From positions 2,666,001 to 2,730,000 of the forward strand of contig JAYWIR010000014.1 in NCBI GenBank assembly GCA_036172245.1: a stretch of 64,000 nt of DNA, read 5' to 3'. This DNA is from Raillietiella orientalis (Eukaryota). How positions within the stretch are numbered: position 1 is the first letter of the stretch; every line of letters starts with the position of its first letter. The position numbers and the translations under genes are program-made. The notes under the pieces were generated by a model. It searched no databases. It was given only the letters and a program-made list of their open reading frames with translations, and was not told the DNA's origin. This document shows positions 12,160 to 24,400 of the stretch, piece after piece.

Positions 12160-15100
12160 CGTTTTTCATCCAGGCATTCATTGAAAGGGAGGAACATGGC
12201 AATCTGATAGGGGCGTTTATCCTATCAAGTTCTGCCACAACTTGGCGGGCGTCCGGTGCGCAGACCGGAGAGGATGGCCTCGACAGCAGAGGGGATGGGG
12301 AAAAGAAAAACAAAAAAATGAAAAAAAAATACATAAACATTTATAAGCTCTGAGGGGCACGGAAAGGGATCACTTCCTGCCGGAGGCCGTCCTCTGCATC
12401 CTCTCCGGGATGCTGGCAACATCTTCACTGGTGAGGCCAGGTGAGACCATCTCGCCATTCTCCAGATGAGGCTATCTCGTTTCCCTTCGTCAAAAACGTC
12501 GGATGGAGTGTATGGCGTCCCTGCCGCTTCCTTCTCCGCTGACGTCGTCGCTCCACGCCGCCACGATCCCGCGTAGGCAGTAAAGCGCTGCCAGGAGTGC
12601 GACCGGAGGCAATGCGTCCCACACGAAGAGAGGTCTCAGCGCGTCCCTGGAGTCGCTGCATGGGGTCGGAAGGTCATCGCTGCAAAGAGTTTTCTAACGG
12701 TCGCAGGGCAACGGCAGCCCACTAGCAGGTGCGGGAGGAGGGATTCGCGTTCCCCCGCACCTGCTGTAATTCGGATCCACACTTCCTCGGGTCCACTGAC
12801 GTTGGCGCTCGTTGCACGATAGGACCCAGTGCAACGGCAGAAGCGCCAACTCTCTTCGCTTGAGATGGAAGGTGCGGGTCGTTCAGGAGCACTCGGGATC
12901 CTCACAGGGAACGCTCAGCAGCTCACCCTAACGGCACAAGTCCTTTGGGCTGGAGACTTGTGGGGACGCAGCATCAGTTTGCTGTCCCGCGGTCCAGTCC
13001 CTCCTCCTGGGGAGTTGCTCCTCCGGGTACGGGGAGTGTCGCGTCCGGGAAGTCGGACAGGTGCGACGCCATCTCGCGCAAACCTCGTGGTTTCCCCGCA
13101 TCTCGAAATCCAGGCAGGATGCTCAGAACAGCTCCCTTCCTCCAGAGAGACCCGGAGGTTCTTCGGGATGGGAACCACTCTCTGCGCCGCTCAGCGAGGG
13201 CAGCACGGAGCCTTCTCTTCGTGCGGGATGCCCTGCAGCCAGCCGCAGCCCTGGAAGCACTTTTGCTGCATCCATGGGATTGTGGCGGCCTGGAATGAAT
13301 CCGAAGATGAAGATGCCAACGAAAGGGTCCGTCCTGTATGCTGCTCGCTTCCTGCGGAGAGCGACCGGATAGTCCCAGCTGGGTGGACTAAAGAAGGACC
13401 TCGAGGGCATCCTGCAAAGCATGGACCCTTCTCCTAGTGGTCAGTGATCCTTTCCCCGCCTTCTAAATTTATTTTTTTCTGTCTTATTGTTTTATTTTGC
13501 TTTTTGTTCCCCTCCCCCCATCTCCTTCCACTGCCGAGGAAAGTCACGCGGGTCCGGCAGGCCCGGCAAAATGTTGGCCGTTAGTGGGGCCTTGTACCAC
13601 GTTTTGTAATGACCTTAAGTTGAGTTTGAAATAAACGTCCCGGCATATCCGGGTGGCATCGACGAGGGCGCAAGAGGTTTGTGAGAGAGTGGACGCGCAC
13701 GCTCTTTCGTAGAGCGCGGACATCCCCTCCACTCCCCTGTCCGCGGCGCTGCCGCTTCCACGCCTTGTGAGAAGAGCCTGCACGCCTCCTGCGGCGGCGC
13801 CAAAGAGAGTCCCGCCGGCAGTCCGTGAGCTCCACTACGGAGAGCCCCCTGCGTGAAGGTGAGAATGACCTTTCCGTCGCGACGGACCGCAATTTCGAGA
13901 GAGCTTGAAATCTTCTTGGAGCTTAAGATCTGTTGGTCTCCCTCCCACGTCGCACGGGTGGTGCCCCTCGGGTTTCCTCGATCCAGTCGTCATCTCGGTA
14001 GGTGACTCATCCCGGTCGAGTTGTCAAGGGCCGAGATGAGTTCCAGGGAAAACGGATGCAGAGAGAAGGGGGCGGAGAGGGGAGAAATAAGCTTCCCTTT
14101 GGTACGGAGCATCGTTCTCGCTCTGCCCCCAGCATCTATTCCGCCCCCCACGTGCCCTCCTTTTCCCCATTCATCGTGCCGGCTGCAGAGATGAGTCCGA
14201 GAACCGCACGCTTCCCCCGTCGTGGACATCCATAGGCACCCCATCGGCAAGTTAAAAGTCAGCTACCTCGCCAGGCTCGCTCCTGCCACCGCCCTCATTC
14301 CGATGGTCCAATAATTGACTTCATGGAGAGCGGACAAAGCGAAGCAGGAAGGGACTAATGGGATTCCAGCGATCTCGGAAGAGCCTCGATCCAGACGTGA
14401 AGAGTTTCGAGATGATCCTCTCGGAGAAAGAAAGGCGCTGCGGGCTGCTCCGACCCTGCTCTAGCGACGTGCCTTCGTATGTCAACGTGCAAAAAGCGGC
14501 CAGCAGAAGCCAAAAAGCGCCCGAGGCGTTTCGCAGGTTGGCATGCGTGCTGTCACTCATACTTGAACGCTTACGGCTCCGTCGTCTCCTGAGACGGCCG
14601 CTCCGATGGCAACGCTGCCAGGAGCTACGCGACTTGTTCCCGGAGAACCGAAGGTCCAGCAACCTCTCTATGAAGTTATCCCCCACTTCCGGGACGAATG
14701 TGCTTCCAGCTCGCGTCCTCTACAGATCACTATCCTTGAGTGGAGACAAAAAAGCCAGTCGTCCGTGAGCACAGACTGTCCCGGTGCAATCGTGCCGCGG
14801 GCCTTGACGCCGGCGCTTCCAGGAGGAGCGGAGCAGGAGGAACCGCTACCTAGATATACCTCTTTCTGTACGGAAGGAAATTCAGCAGAGAGAAAGCAGA
14901 GAGAGAGCTGGAAAGGGAAACGGGAGGAGATGGACATCAGCTGGTCACGAGGATAGCGCGATGCGGTGGAGCCGCGTCCTGGATCGACTTTGGTCACCGG
15001 GATGGAGCGAAGGAAGCTTTTTTCATCAGCTAAACATTCGGGCCGTGGCTCAGAAGTCGATCCTGGAGAGAAATCGCGCAACCCCTTCAGGATTACCCCG

Positions 15101-15400
15101 ACACATAAAGAGCGATAGGAGCTCTAACAACAAATTCCGGATTTCTGGAAGCTTGTTGAGACGGAAGAGACATCGAGCGCAATTTGTTGATGCCTTCGGC
15201 CCGCGGACCGAGCACGGATGAGATTTACCAGCTGCAGGAGACGGATCTCCGGCATGAGACGCTGCTCGCAGCAACGGCTTCCTGTCAGCCATTGATTCGG
15301 CTCCGACGCTTCCCCCCTTTGGATGAGAATTCGCGAGCTCTAGGCAGCTCGAAATCGAGGAAGAAGAACTCAAAGTATCCCTTGGTCTGAGCCGCCTCCC
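12160..15400 (-). mobile_element. Long decayed LINE (copy D): RT remnants plus 3' end, interrupted by copy E
   Basis: Minus strand in order: LFRDRWNPISPFLL (pre-RT), ISPLSAPFSL (QG-x-PLSP-like), TYRDDDW at ~13984-14004 (YADD-like), ERESLLPHLLVGC, RWSHL, T-tract, CCGGTCTGCGCACCGG hairpin, degenerate terminus near 12160-12185. Confidence 0.65.
13030..13655 (+). mobile_element. LINE 3' fragment (copy E) inserted antisense in copy D
   Basis: CTCTTCGTGCGGGATGCCCTGCAGCCAG identical to copy A. T-tract, AATAAA 13630-13635, hairpin 13639-13653. Confidence 0.78.
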
Positions 15401-16149
15401 CTCCCTCCATATGGTTCGTGCGTTCGCTCTCTGACAAGCCGCTTCACTTCCTGTGCGGACAGATCCAGCAAACGGCAACTCATTTGTTAAATGGACCGGC
15501 TGCTTCTGCTGCCGTTTTCGTGCACACAGAGGGAGCAAAGAGGCGGACGCACTCACATGAGCGGTGTGCCCGGGAAGACTGCGGTTGCTGGTGACGAACA
15601 AGCGCGTCTGCAGAGGAGGCGCATAGGTTGGCAGCTTCGTCAGGCTCGAGTTGACCTACGCCCGGCTCCCACCACTCCAGTCACGCTATTCTGTGATCTT
15701 TCCGTTCCAGACTGAAGGTGCATGAGATTCGCCTGGTCTCGAGAGCGGCAAAATTCGGTTCTCCGTGGGTCTGTCTGTGCATGCTAAGAGGCTCATCCAG
15801 GACAAGACTGTCCGGGGATCGCGGAGAACGGTCCTCTGGATCCACGATCCTCCTCCACCCGGGACGCAATGGGGAACGTTCTTCTGGAACGGATTTTTCT
15901 GGTGTACCGTCCCTTCCGACCTCCATAGGTGAGCCATCTTTTCGCACCTCCAACTCGCCCTTCTCTCCCTCCCAGCTCCACTTCTTATCACTTCGCTTCT
16001 TTCTTCGCTCGGGGTCAGTCCTCCAGACTGAGAACGGCACGATGTGAAGGTGACCAGAACACACGCACGCGTTCTCTTCAAAGTTCCCCCCCCCCCTCGG
16101 TCCTGTGGCCGTCCGGAGCATCAGACTCGGCTAGTCCGACCGTGTCTTC

Positions 16150-17450
16150 TAAATGCGCTTGCCTGGCCATGCGGCCGCTCTCAGCCGCCTCGTCTTCCCG
16201 ATCCTCAGAGCGAGGAGCGCCTTACACGTCCTCTCCGCGGACATTCGACAACCTCTATACTCTCGAAATTTGTCTCTTTCTCTTTCTTCCCACACCAGAC
16301 AAACAGCTGGTAGTGCCCTGGAGAGAGATAGTCGGAAGCCTCCCCTGGCTTCTGGAACCTGTTCCTCCGAATCAGAATGTCGCGCGAGCACCAATTGTTC
16401 CCACAGGAGAGAGGTGGTCCAACAAGAGCAGTGCGTGGCGCGGGTGGATTTGGTGGTGATTCCTCTCTCCTCACATCCTCTAAGTGTAGCGCGATGCTTT
16501 CCTACTATCCGATTTTTCCCTCTGTTGCCTAGAGCTTTGCTTCCTGTTCTGCCAATAGCACTCCTCACTATCCTATGCTTGGTCCGGACGAGTCGGTCTT
16601 CTCTTCTGCTCACGTTCCGCCGTGTCCCGAGATTCTCTGGCAAGCGTGACTGGCGGCCAGCCGCCGAGAGAACCATGCTGCGGTGGATCCTCAACTGGAC
16701 GCGCCGTGAGGAGAGACCCCGACAATCCCCGCATTTGGTGCCAGAAGCTGCGCTGTCCCTGCGATCGGAGTCACAGCCTCTCGAGGATGGATCTGGCCCG
16801 ACGCTTCGGCGCCTTTGTCTTCTACTACCGGTAATTCCAAGAGTTCCTTCGTCGATCAAGTGGGTTGGGTGAACTCGCTCTACTGAAGAGAATGACGTTT
16901 CTCCTTCCCTCTTCAGGACATCATCTTGATGGGAGCCCTTCCTCCCCAGTCTGACCTTCCCTCAGAACAGTCTCGCAGTACTCGTGGAAAAAATACGGGG
17001 ACCGCTCGAGAGCACTCAAGGAATCCCTTCGGTTTTTGGGTCGAGTCTCCGACCCAAGCACGGAGCCATGCTCCTGTCATCGAGAGAGGGGTAGTATCCT
17101 TGCTCACCCCCGACCGCCCGGGAGCGAGCGCTCTTCGCGGCGTAGCCCGAGGGTACTGGATGCTCCTCCCAGAACGCCGCAGCTCGACGATCGCGCCACT
17201 CCCCTCTTCTCCCTCTTTTTAGACCGTTCCTTTAAGTCTCAAACATCTCATCTTCCACTTCTTCCTTCTCACTCCCTGCACTCACCAGCGACCTCTGTAG
17301 ATGAGGTTCCAGCTGGTCTCTCGTTCTTCTCGCTCGTCCAGGCAACCTTCCGGAGGAAGAGGCCATTTTTCACTCAGTACCACTCCCTGGATTCCTATTA
17401 CTCCCCACAAAGGTCTTTCCTTAAACAGCCTTGCTTTAGCTACCTGGTTG
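16150..17450 (+). mobile_element. Decayed LINE fragments (post-RT and endonuclease-like pieces)
   Basis: Post-RT-like LFLP...LPW...NVARAPIVP segment. 17150-17350 resembles the reverse complement of ~850-1010. Confidence 0.35.
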
Positions 17451-18340
17451 GTTCACCTGGTTGGCGAATGGTCAGTTGCTGTCTGCTCCTGAGGTAGGAC
17501 AGCAACCTATCTTCCGGACGGGTAAAGTCATCCCAGGAGCTTCCGGGTTGACATGCAGGAACTGGGAAGCACCCGAAGTTGACCGGTGAGTTCTGATTAC
17601 CCTACGGGTATCAGTCTGTGTCCTCCCTACACTCCTCTGCCCGGTTCCTGGACTGGAGTGCGTGCGCGCTCATTTAGAAGGGTCACAATTGCCAGAGGCG
17701 ACTCTCGGAAGGAATATTCAGGTATGGATTAGGTGGCGACCTACAGCATCCATGCGGATGCCCCTGGTCTTTTCTGTTTTCCTCCAAAGAGAAGCAGCCA
17801 AGACAGGAATTTTTCCCACGGATAGGACAACGCGTGAAGCCAGGTCAGGGGTCAAGTCCCCTCTCCCCTCCTCAAGAGGCGAAGGAGCTTCGAGAGCCTT
17901 ATTCCCTCCCAGGGAAGAGGATGGCCTGCCTTAACATGCCAAGCAAGGGTGCAATCAAGCACTTTCTCCTCCGTCTCCTTCTGAGCTTGGAAACCGACGC
18001 ACGCAAGCATTCCTGCTGATGCTGCGATCTTACCCGCTCTGATTTACAGCAGACAGAATGGCTCGCTATACTGCGGCGGGACAGAATCCGCTAGCTGGCT
18101 ACACGGATAGGAAGCGCAGTTTCCTCCGCTCCTCCTGCTGATACCCCGAGCGAAAGGAAGCAAAACTCGTATTCTTCCTCCCCTGGTCAACGTTCCGAAA
18201 CAAGACCCCCTTCCCCCCCTCTTACCCGTCTCACTGGCCGACCCACCAACCATACGTTCCCTCCCTCCTTCCCTCTTCCTCCGCGTGTGCCGTAGATCTA
18301 ACCATGACAGAAACATGTTCGGCTGGTGACACACAGGAAG

Positions 18341-18428
18341 ATGAGGTTCCTTGTAATGGTGCTGCATTTGGGTCTCTTGCGGATGGTGCTGGCTCCGTCG
18401 CTCGATGACGCTTCGTCCATCTACCAAT
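18341..18428 (+). CDS. dpr: dpr-like coding exon 1 (signal peptide)
   Basis: MRFLVMVLHLGLLRMVLAPSLDDASSIYQ plus 1 nt, then a GTGAGT donor at 18429 (phase 1 matches the next exon). In-frame TAA upstream at 18299-18301. Polypyrimidine acceptor ends at 18295. Confidence 0.75.
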
Positions 18429-21400
18429 GTGAGTTGACTTTCATCGCCCATTCTTTCCTACCCGCTTAGAATGGGGAGAAAGGGAAAGAGAAAGGTGTAC
18501 ATATACATATATAGGCAGGATGGTTGGGAAGGGTAAGAGCCGCATGCGAACTGTCGAGGGAACAGAAAGATCGTACCGGAGAAACCTTGGGCTCAGTCAG
18601 TCCCCTTCGGCTGGGATCGAACAATTGCAGAGATGCAAAGTTGAAACCTTGGCGTCAGAAACGAGATAGTCAAAAGAGGAAAAATTACTCAGGATAGTCT
18701 GGTGAACAAAGAAAACGAAGGCACATGGACACACATGTCATCCATCTCTCTCTCGGCTGCTTCTCTTTACAGGCACGCAAGCCCAACTCTGATAAGAATA
18801 AGCAGAAGAATCTTTTGTCTCGAACACCTGATCTTTCTTTATTTTCTCTCCATCTCAGTAAGTGTTCAGTGCATTTTGAAAACATCCCTCAGGAAGCTTC
18901 GATTATACCTTTAATGATAAAAACTCACCGAGACTCCATTCTTGCCTTGCAGCAAGTGGAATCAGAATTGACGTGATTTATTATGAGTGCTCATTGCATG
19001 CTTACATTTTGTCTTTCAACTTGGTGTTCCAAGAGAAACTTCAACGGTAATTCCCAATGATGGGGTGTGTGAAAAGTTCGACTTTCTGAGTAACGTGCCC
19101 TGCGTTTCTCAGTGATGCCCGCTCAGGAATGGATAGATGGCTTGGCCGCAGAGAGTCCAGTCTCCTCGACGCTCTGCATCAAATTATCTCTCAGAGATCA
19201 GCGAGAGCTTCGTAAACTTTGGAGCCGCAAACTCGGATGTGCGTGTGCAGTTCACGCAGAAGAACACACCATGTACATCGTTGCGCAGAAACCTCCCACA
19301 AGCAGCCACACATTGGATGGTAACCACGCAAAAAAAACGGGAAGACACATTGCGACGGGAAGCTCAACGACAGGAAGATACGCGACAATGAGAGTCCAAG
19401 CGCTAATTTTTGTTCTCAGGAGAATTTCACATCGTGCTTTTCCCGTTTTCTTCCTCTCCCTTCTTTGTTCGAGGATCCATAAATTCCCGAGCTTGTCCTG
19501 CACTCTTGATTTTCTAATCAAGAAATCCTGATTTCTTTTCCGAATCCGGAACTCCAGCATTAATGAAGGGAAAATACATACATATGTACATATATAGATA
19601 GATAATCGTCAATGTGCTCCTTGATTTTCTCCGTACACTTCCGTTTGAAGATTTGATTGCAATCAGATGCGTTCTTCTCGTTGTGTCTCTCGTTCACACA
19701 GATTAAACTGCCTGCAATGACGTCATTTTTGCAGCGTGCGGATCACGTGACCTTAGGTATTGAGGCAACTCACCGTCTGCGGATTGCATCTGACGTAGGG
19801 AAGACCTCCAGCGATGGGTTCGCTCATGTTCTCTTTGAGAGGAGCATTAGCGGGGAAGCAGGAGGGGGGAGGAAAAAGGAAAAAGAAAAGAAAAGAAAAA
19901 AAGGGGAAAGAAGGAAAACTGCTTCTCTTAGCTAAAAACTTCGAAAACTGAAGATAAGATGAAGCGGAAAATTCATATGATCCTTGCAATATCTCTTTCA
20001 AGGCAAGGAAAGAAAAACTTCCCGGGATCTTCCCCGGATCTTTGTGGGCATCAGCAGGTCTTGCTTTCGTTCCTGAGATGAACCCACCCAAGAGAGGCAA
20101 GTAAGACACGTGGGTGAGAGAAGAGGAGGTTCCGTCAAACGGTGCAGGAGAAAGCACCAGAAAGGATGGGGGGGCGAAAAGGGGGGGGAGTGAGGAAACC
20201 AGGAAGGAACTTTTTCTTGGGTCACCAGAAGCCCCTCAGCAAGAACAGGACTGGCTTGCGGTGCCCTGACCTTCAACCCTTGCAGCTGGTCAGTCTATTG
20301 GCACTGGATGTTCACAGAGGGGACGAGGGGAATCACGGAAGAACGGGCAGGGAGACAAAGGAAGAGGAAGAGGAGGGGGAGGAGGAGGTCTGGCGCAAGA
20401 GGGCACTCGAGGCAAATCAGGGCCGAGCAAGTCCTCGGCGAGTGGAACGTGCCCGGTGGGTGAGGCACGGGAGACCCTAATCAGTAGTAGGAATGCAGGA
20501 AGGTCGCGGTCAGGAGGATGAGCAACGTATGCCCACCAGCAAGGGTTGACGGGAAGGGGGTTCGGTCTTCATACGGCGTTTCCTGCCGTTGCCATGGAGC
20601 AGCTGACGGAGGATTTGCATCCCTCTAACCACACCTGGAGGGCGGAGACTCTTTCCACACCCACCAAGATCCACTCCTCCCTCCACGGGGTCACTAAGGG
20701 GAACCACAGCTGCTTCAGGAGCAGTATCCCAACGGGCCTGCGAGGGAGAAGGGTCGAGCCCCCGTGCAGCTCGTGGACTTCCAGGGAGGACGGAATGGAG
20801 TGATGGGAGAGGCAGCGCCCTCTTGCGAGGAGAAAGGACGGGAGAAAGGGCCGTGAGATGACAGAAGTATTCCTGGGGGACGAGAAAGGAATGGACGGGA
20901 TCTTCCTCGTCCCGAAGGCCCTTTTTTTTCGCAAGCCGTCCCTGATTCCCAGGACGTCGGAAGGGCTGCCAAGGGACGCCCGAGACGCGGGGTTCCCTCA
21001 GGGCTCTCCCCTTCCAGGCTTTGGGCTCACTTGGGAAACACTGCGTTTCCCTTGCACGGAAAGAATCGGGTCGATGTACACAATGTGTATGTACATACGA
21101 CGAATCAGGTTATGTGCGCATACGTGAATTTGCGTACGTTATGTACAACGTGATGTATGCATGCACCATATATGTTGCAAACGTGTACGTACTGCACAGC
21201 ACGTTTGTGTATTGAAGGTGTGTTTGTGGATGCATATATGCATGTAAATGCATGTGGTACATGAGCACGTAGACATACCGTACACATGCTGACGTACGTA
21301 TGCATGTAAACGCATACGCATGTGGACCTGTGTGGGCCTATCGTAGGGATGTACACAACAGGAGTGTGCAGGTCACATGTTTGTATGTAAGTACCACACG

Positions 21401-24400
21401 TGTATATTGTGGATATGTACATACGTGTAGGCAATCTCATATTATGTGGACATCACACGCAAGTGTATGTAATGTGTACATCGTACGCGTGCAGGTGCGT
21501 GTATATTGTAATGTGTGCATTTTGGAGGTGTGCGCTCTGGGGTTGTACGGATGCGCGTGGCAAGAACTTGGTGAGCGAGCCTCTCGAAGCGTATCCGCCT
21601 GATGTCACGCCTTTCCCTGTGCACGCAATGACGACGGCCACCGGAGAGGGGTCGTCAGGGAGAGCCGGGGCCGAGCCCCCGGGAGCGATCCGGCCCGGCC
21701 TGTCTCTCCAGCCCTTCGCTTTCTCCCTTTGGCAGAGCGGGGTGGCGCACGCGAGGCCCGCTCTCAGGGGAACGGGGGCGAGCCGCTAGGGATGGAGGGA
21801 CTGCTCTTCGGCGCGCTTCCTCCCGCTTGCCCCGGCTGCTTCCGTAGCGACTCCAGCTTTCAGACTTCCCCCTCACCCCTCCCCGTCCCCTTTTCCACCC
21901 CAAGGCTTCCGGCACAGCGCGGACTCCGCCGGCAGCGCCTCTGCCCAGATCGGCGCCATACGGGACGCCGTGACCGACCGCCTGGGGAGAAAGGTGGCCC
22001 ACAACCCCGCCGAGGCACGCCGACTGCACGGGGGTCGCTTCCCAGCCACGTGGGGGCCCGTCCACGTCCACGTGGCGGAGACAGGAGCCGCGACCCGGGT
22101 GGCGTGCCCGGTCAACTCCACAGGGAAGGAGCTGGTAAGTTCAGGCGGGGCGTGGGTCGGAGGAGGGGCGCATGCGCGTCCCCGGTTCGAGGGTACATCG
22201 TCGCGAGCCACTCACCCACCCGGGGCCGACGGGAACCCGTGGACCCTCATCGGGGAGGCTTTTCGGGGGCGCCTGGAAGGGGGGTGGATTCCCCCTCGGC
22301 CGCGCGGAACGGCCGCGGCAGACTCTATCCCCTCCTTCCTTCCCCCCTCCCAGAGAAAGGATGCCCTCTGGAGACCTCTGAGGCCCGGGTCCTTTGCATA
22401 GAAGCCAACGCCTTTCCCTCCTAGGGCGCATCGCCTTGGGGACTGCCATGCCTGGTCTCGTTCGGGGGCGCAAGAGCGCCTCTCTTGTCGCCCCTCCCTC
22501 CACTGGAACTCCCAGCCCCATCGGGAAGACCCGCTCCCCGAATGGCTGACCTCACCACCCCTCTAGGCATGCCGGGCGGTTTCTCCCCGGGCGTTCCTTT
22601 CCGCCCCCAGAGTAGACCCCCTGGGGTCCCGCCCCAGTCATCGTCGTGGGCGTCTGTCGGGCACACTTCTGCCCCGAACCCATGCTGCGCTCCCTCCCGG
22701 AGGACAGACCGCGAGGCACTCCATCTTGAAGGGGGAGGGCGGTGGTGAGAGGTCGAGAAGAGAGGAGATAGCGCGCTTCCGCCCTCCCCCTGGGCCCCTC
22801 CGAGTGTGTCCCCGGCACTCCCCCTTGGGCGGGGCCTCGGGTCCACGACGGCCGGTCCTCAGTTTGATCGTCCCTGGTGATCCCTCGGGGTGACCAGCGG
22901 AGGAAGGATTTCGAGGGAGCGCGCGCGGGGACGCCGTGGGACGGGCAGCTCCAATCCTGGGAGCCCGCAGCAAGGAAAGGGCCATGCGCGGCCCGGATCC
23001 GAGGAGGCTCACGAGAACGAGAACTCCCTCCCCATCGTACCCCTTCCCCGAGTCCCGGGACCTGGGCGGTCCCGTCCTTCCCCTATCCTTTCGCTCGCTT
23101 TTTTCCCCGTTTTTTTTTTTCCGGGAATGCTTCAAGACCTTTTCGTGTGGAAGAAGGGAGGGAGGGAGGGAATGAAGGAGGCGGCGCGCAGGAATTTCTC
23201 CTCTCCGTCGTCCCTCTGATTCGTCCCGGAATTAGAATTTTCCCTCTGGGATTTCCTCGGGGCGTGGGAAGCGGACTTGCCGCGCTGGGGAGAGGAGGAC
23301 CCGCATTTTCAGGTTTCGGGGGCCCTCGGGCGAGAGGACTTTCCCCCCTCTCCGCCCCACGCTCTGCCGATACCCGCGTTAAAATAGAAGCTCCGGGAAC
23401 CCCTCCTGTCTCTCGGCCTCTGTCTGCGGGGGCGCCTCCGACGGAGGGGCATCAGTTTCGCGGGCCGCGAGCTGGTGTTCCTTAGTCCAGAATGAACTTG
23501 GGGAAAAACCGGTGGGGAGGAAGGGAGGAGAAGGAGGAGAAGGAATAGGGGAAGAAAGGAGGAAGAGGAAAGGAGAATGAGGAAGGAAGGAGGGGGAGGG
23601 AAGGAGGAAGAAGCGCACCTGCCGGGACTCCACGCGCAGAGGGGTCCCAAGCTCCTCCTTCCCTGATCCTCCGACCCCTCGGGCAAACGAGGCGCACCAA
23701 TGGACCAGAAAGAGGACCAGAGACCAGAAAGACCCGGGGTGGCGCGACTCGAGGAGCGAAAAATCCCTGAGCAGCCGCTCCTCGGGTCAGGACGAGTAGC
23801 GGAGGGGCAGGGTGGTGAGCAAGCATGCCCTACGGGTCCCCATTCCCGCAGCCGCCGGTCGCGTTTCCCGGAGAGATCGGGAGCGCGGGCCGGGCTGGTC
23901 CTTCTCGCGAGCTGGCGCTCCGAGAGGGTTCGAGGACCAGCGGCGGAGACCAAGGCGACCCGCACGGCCCTTTCTGCTCGTCCCCCGCGCAGGACGGTCG
24001 GAGGCGGCACGTCCGCTTTCCTCCCGGCGACTCGCCGTGGAGCGCGTGGCGCCCCGAGCGTGTACCTTGCGAGTCGTCATGGCCGCTGCCGCTGCCACCA
24101 CCAGGGTTTCTAGATGTATTCCCCCCCTCCCCCTTCTTAACGAACTCCTTCGCAGCGCACGAGGGGAGACGCATTCTGAACCCCGCGCGCAAATGCTAGA
24201 CTTGCGCGCTGGACCAGCGAGACCGCGCTACAGGCGGTGTGCGCTCTCCTGGGTGAGCAGAGGGATCAGAAGTCCCCTGCTCGGGAGGTCCACCTTCTCC
24301 GCCGGCCGGCCAGCCAGAGCACTTCACCATGGAGACGGAGTGCTGCGTTCCTGTTTGCCCCGACGCCAAGGCCAGTGTCTCCCGCTGTCGCTCAAGCATC

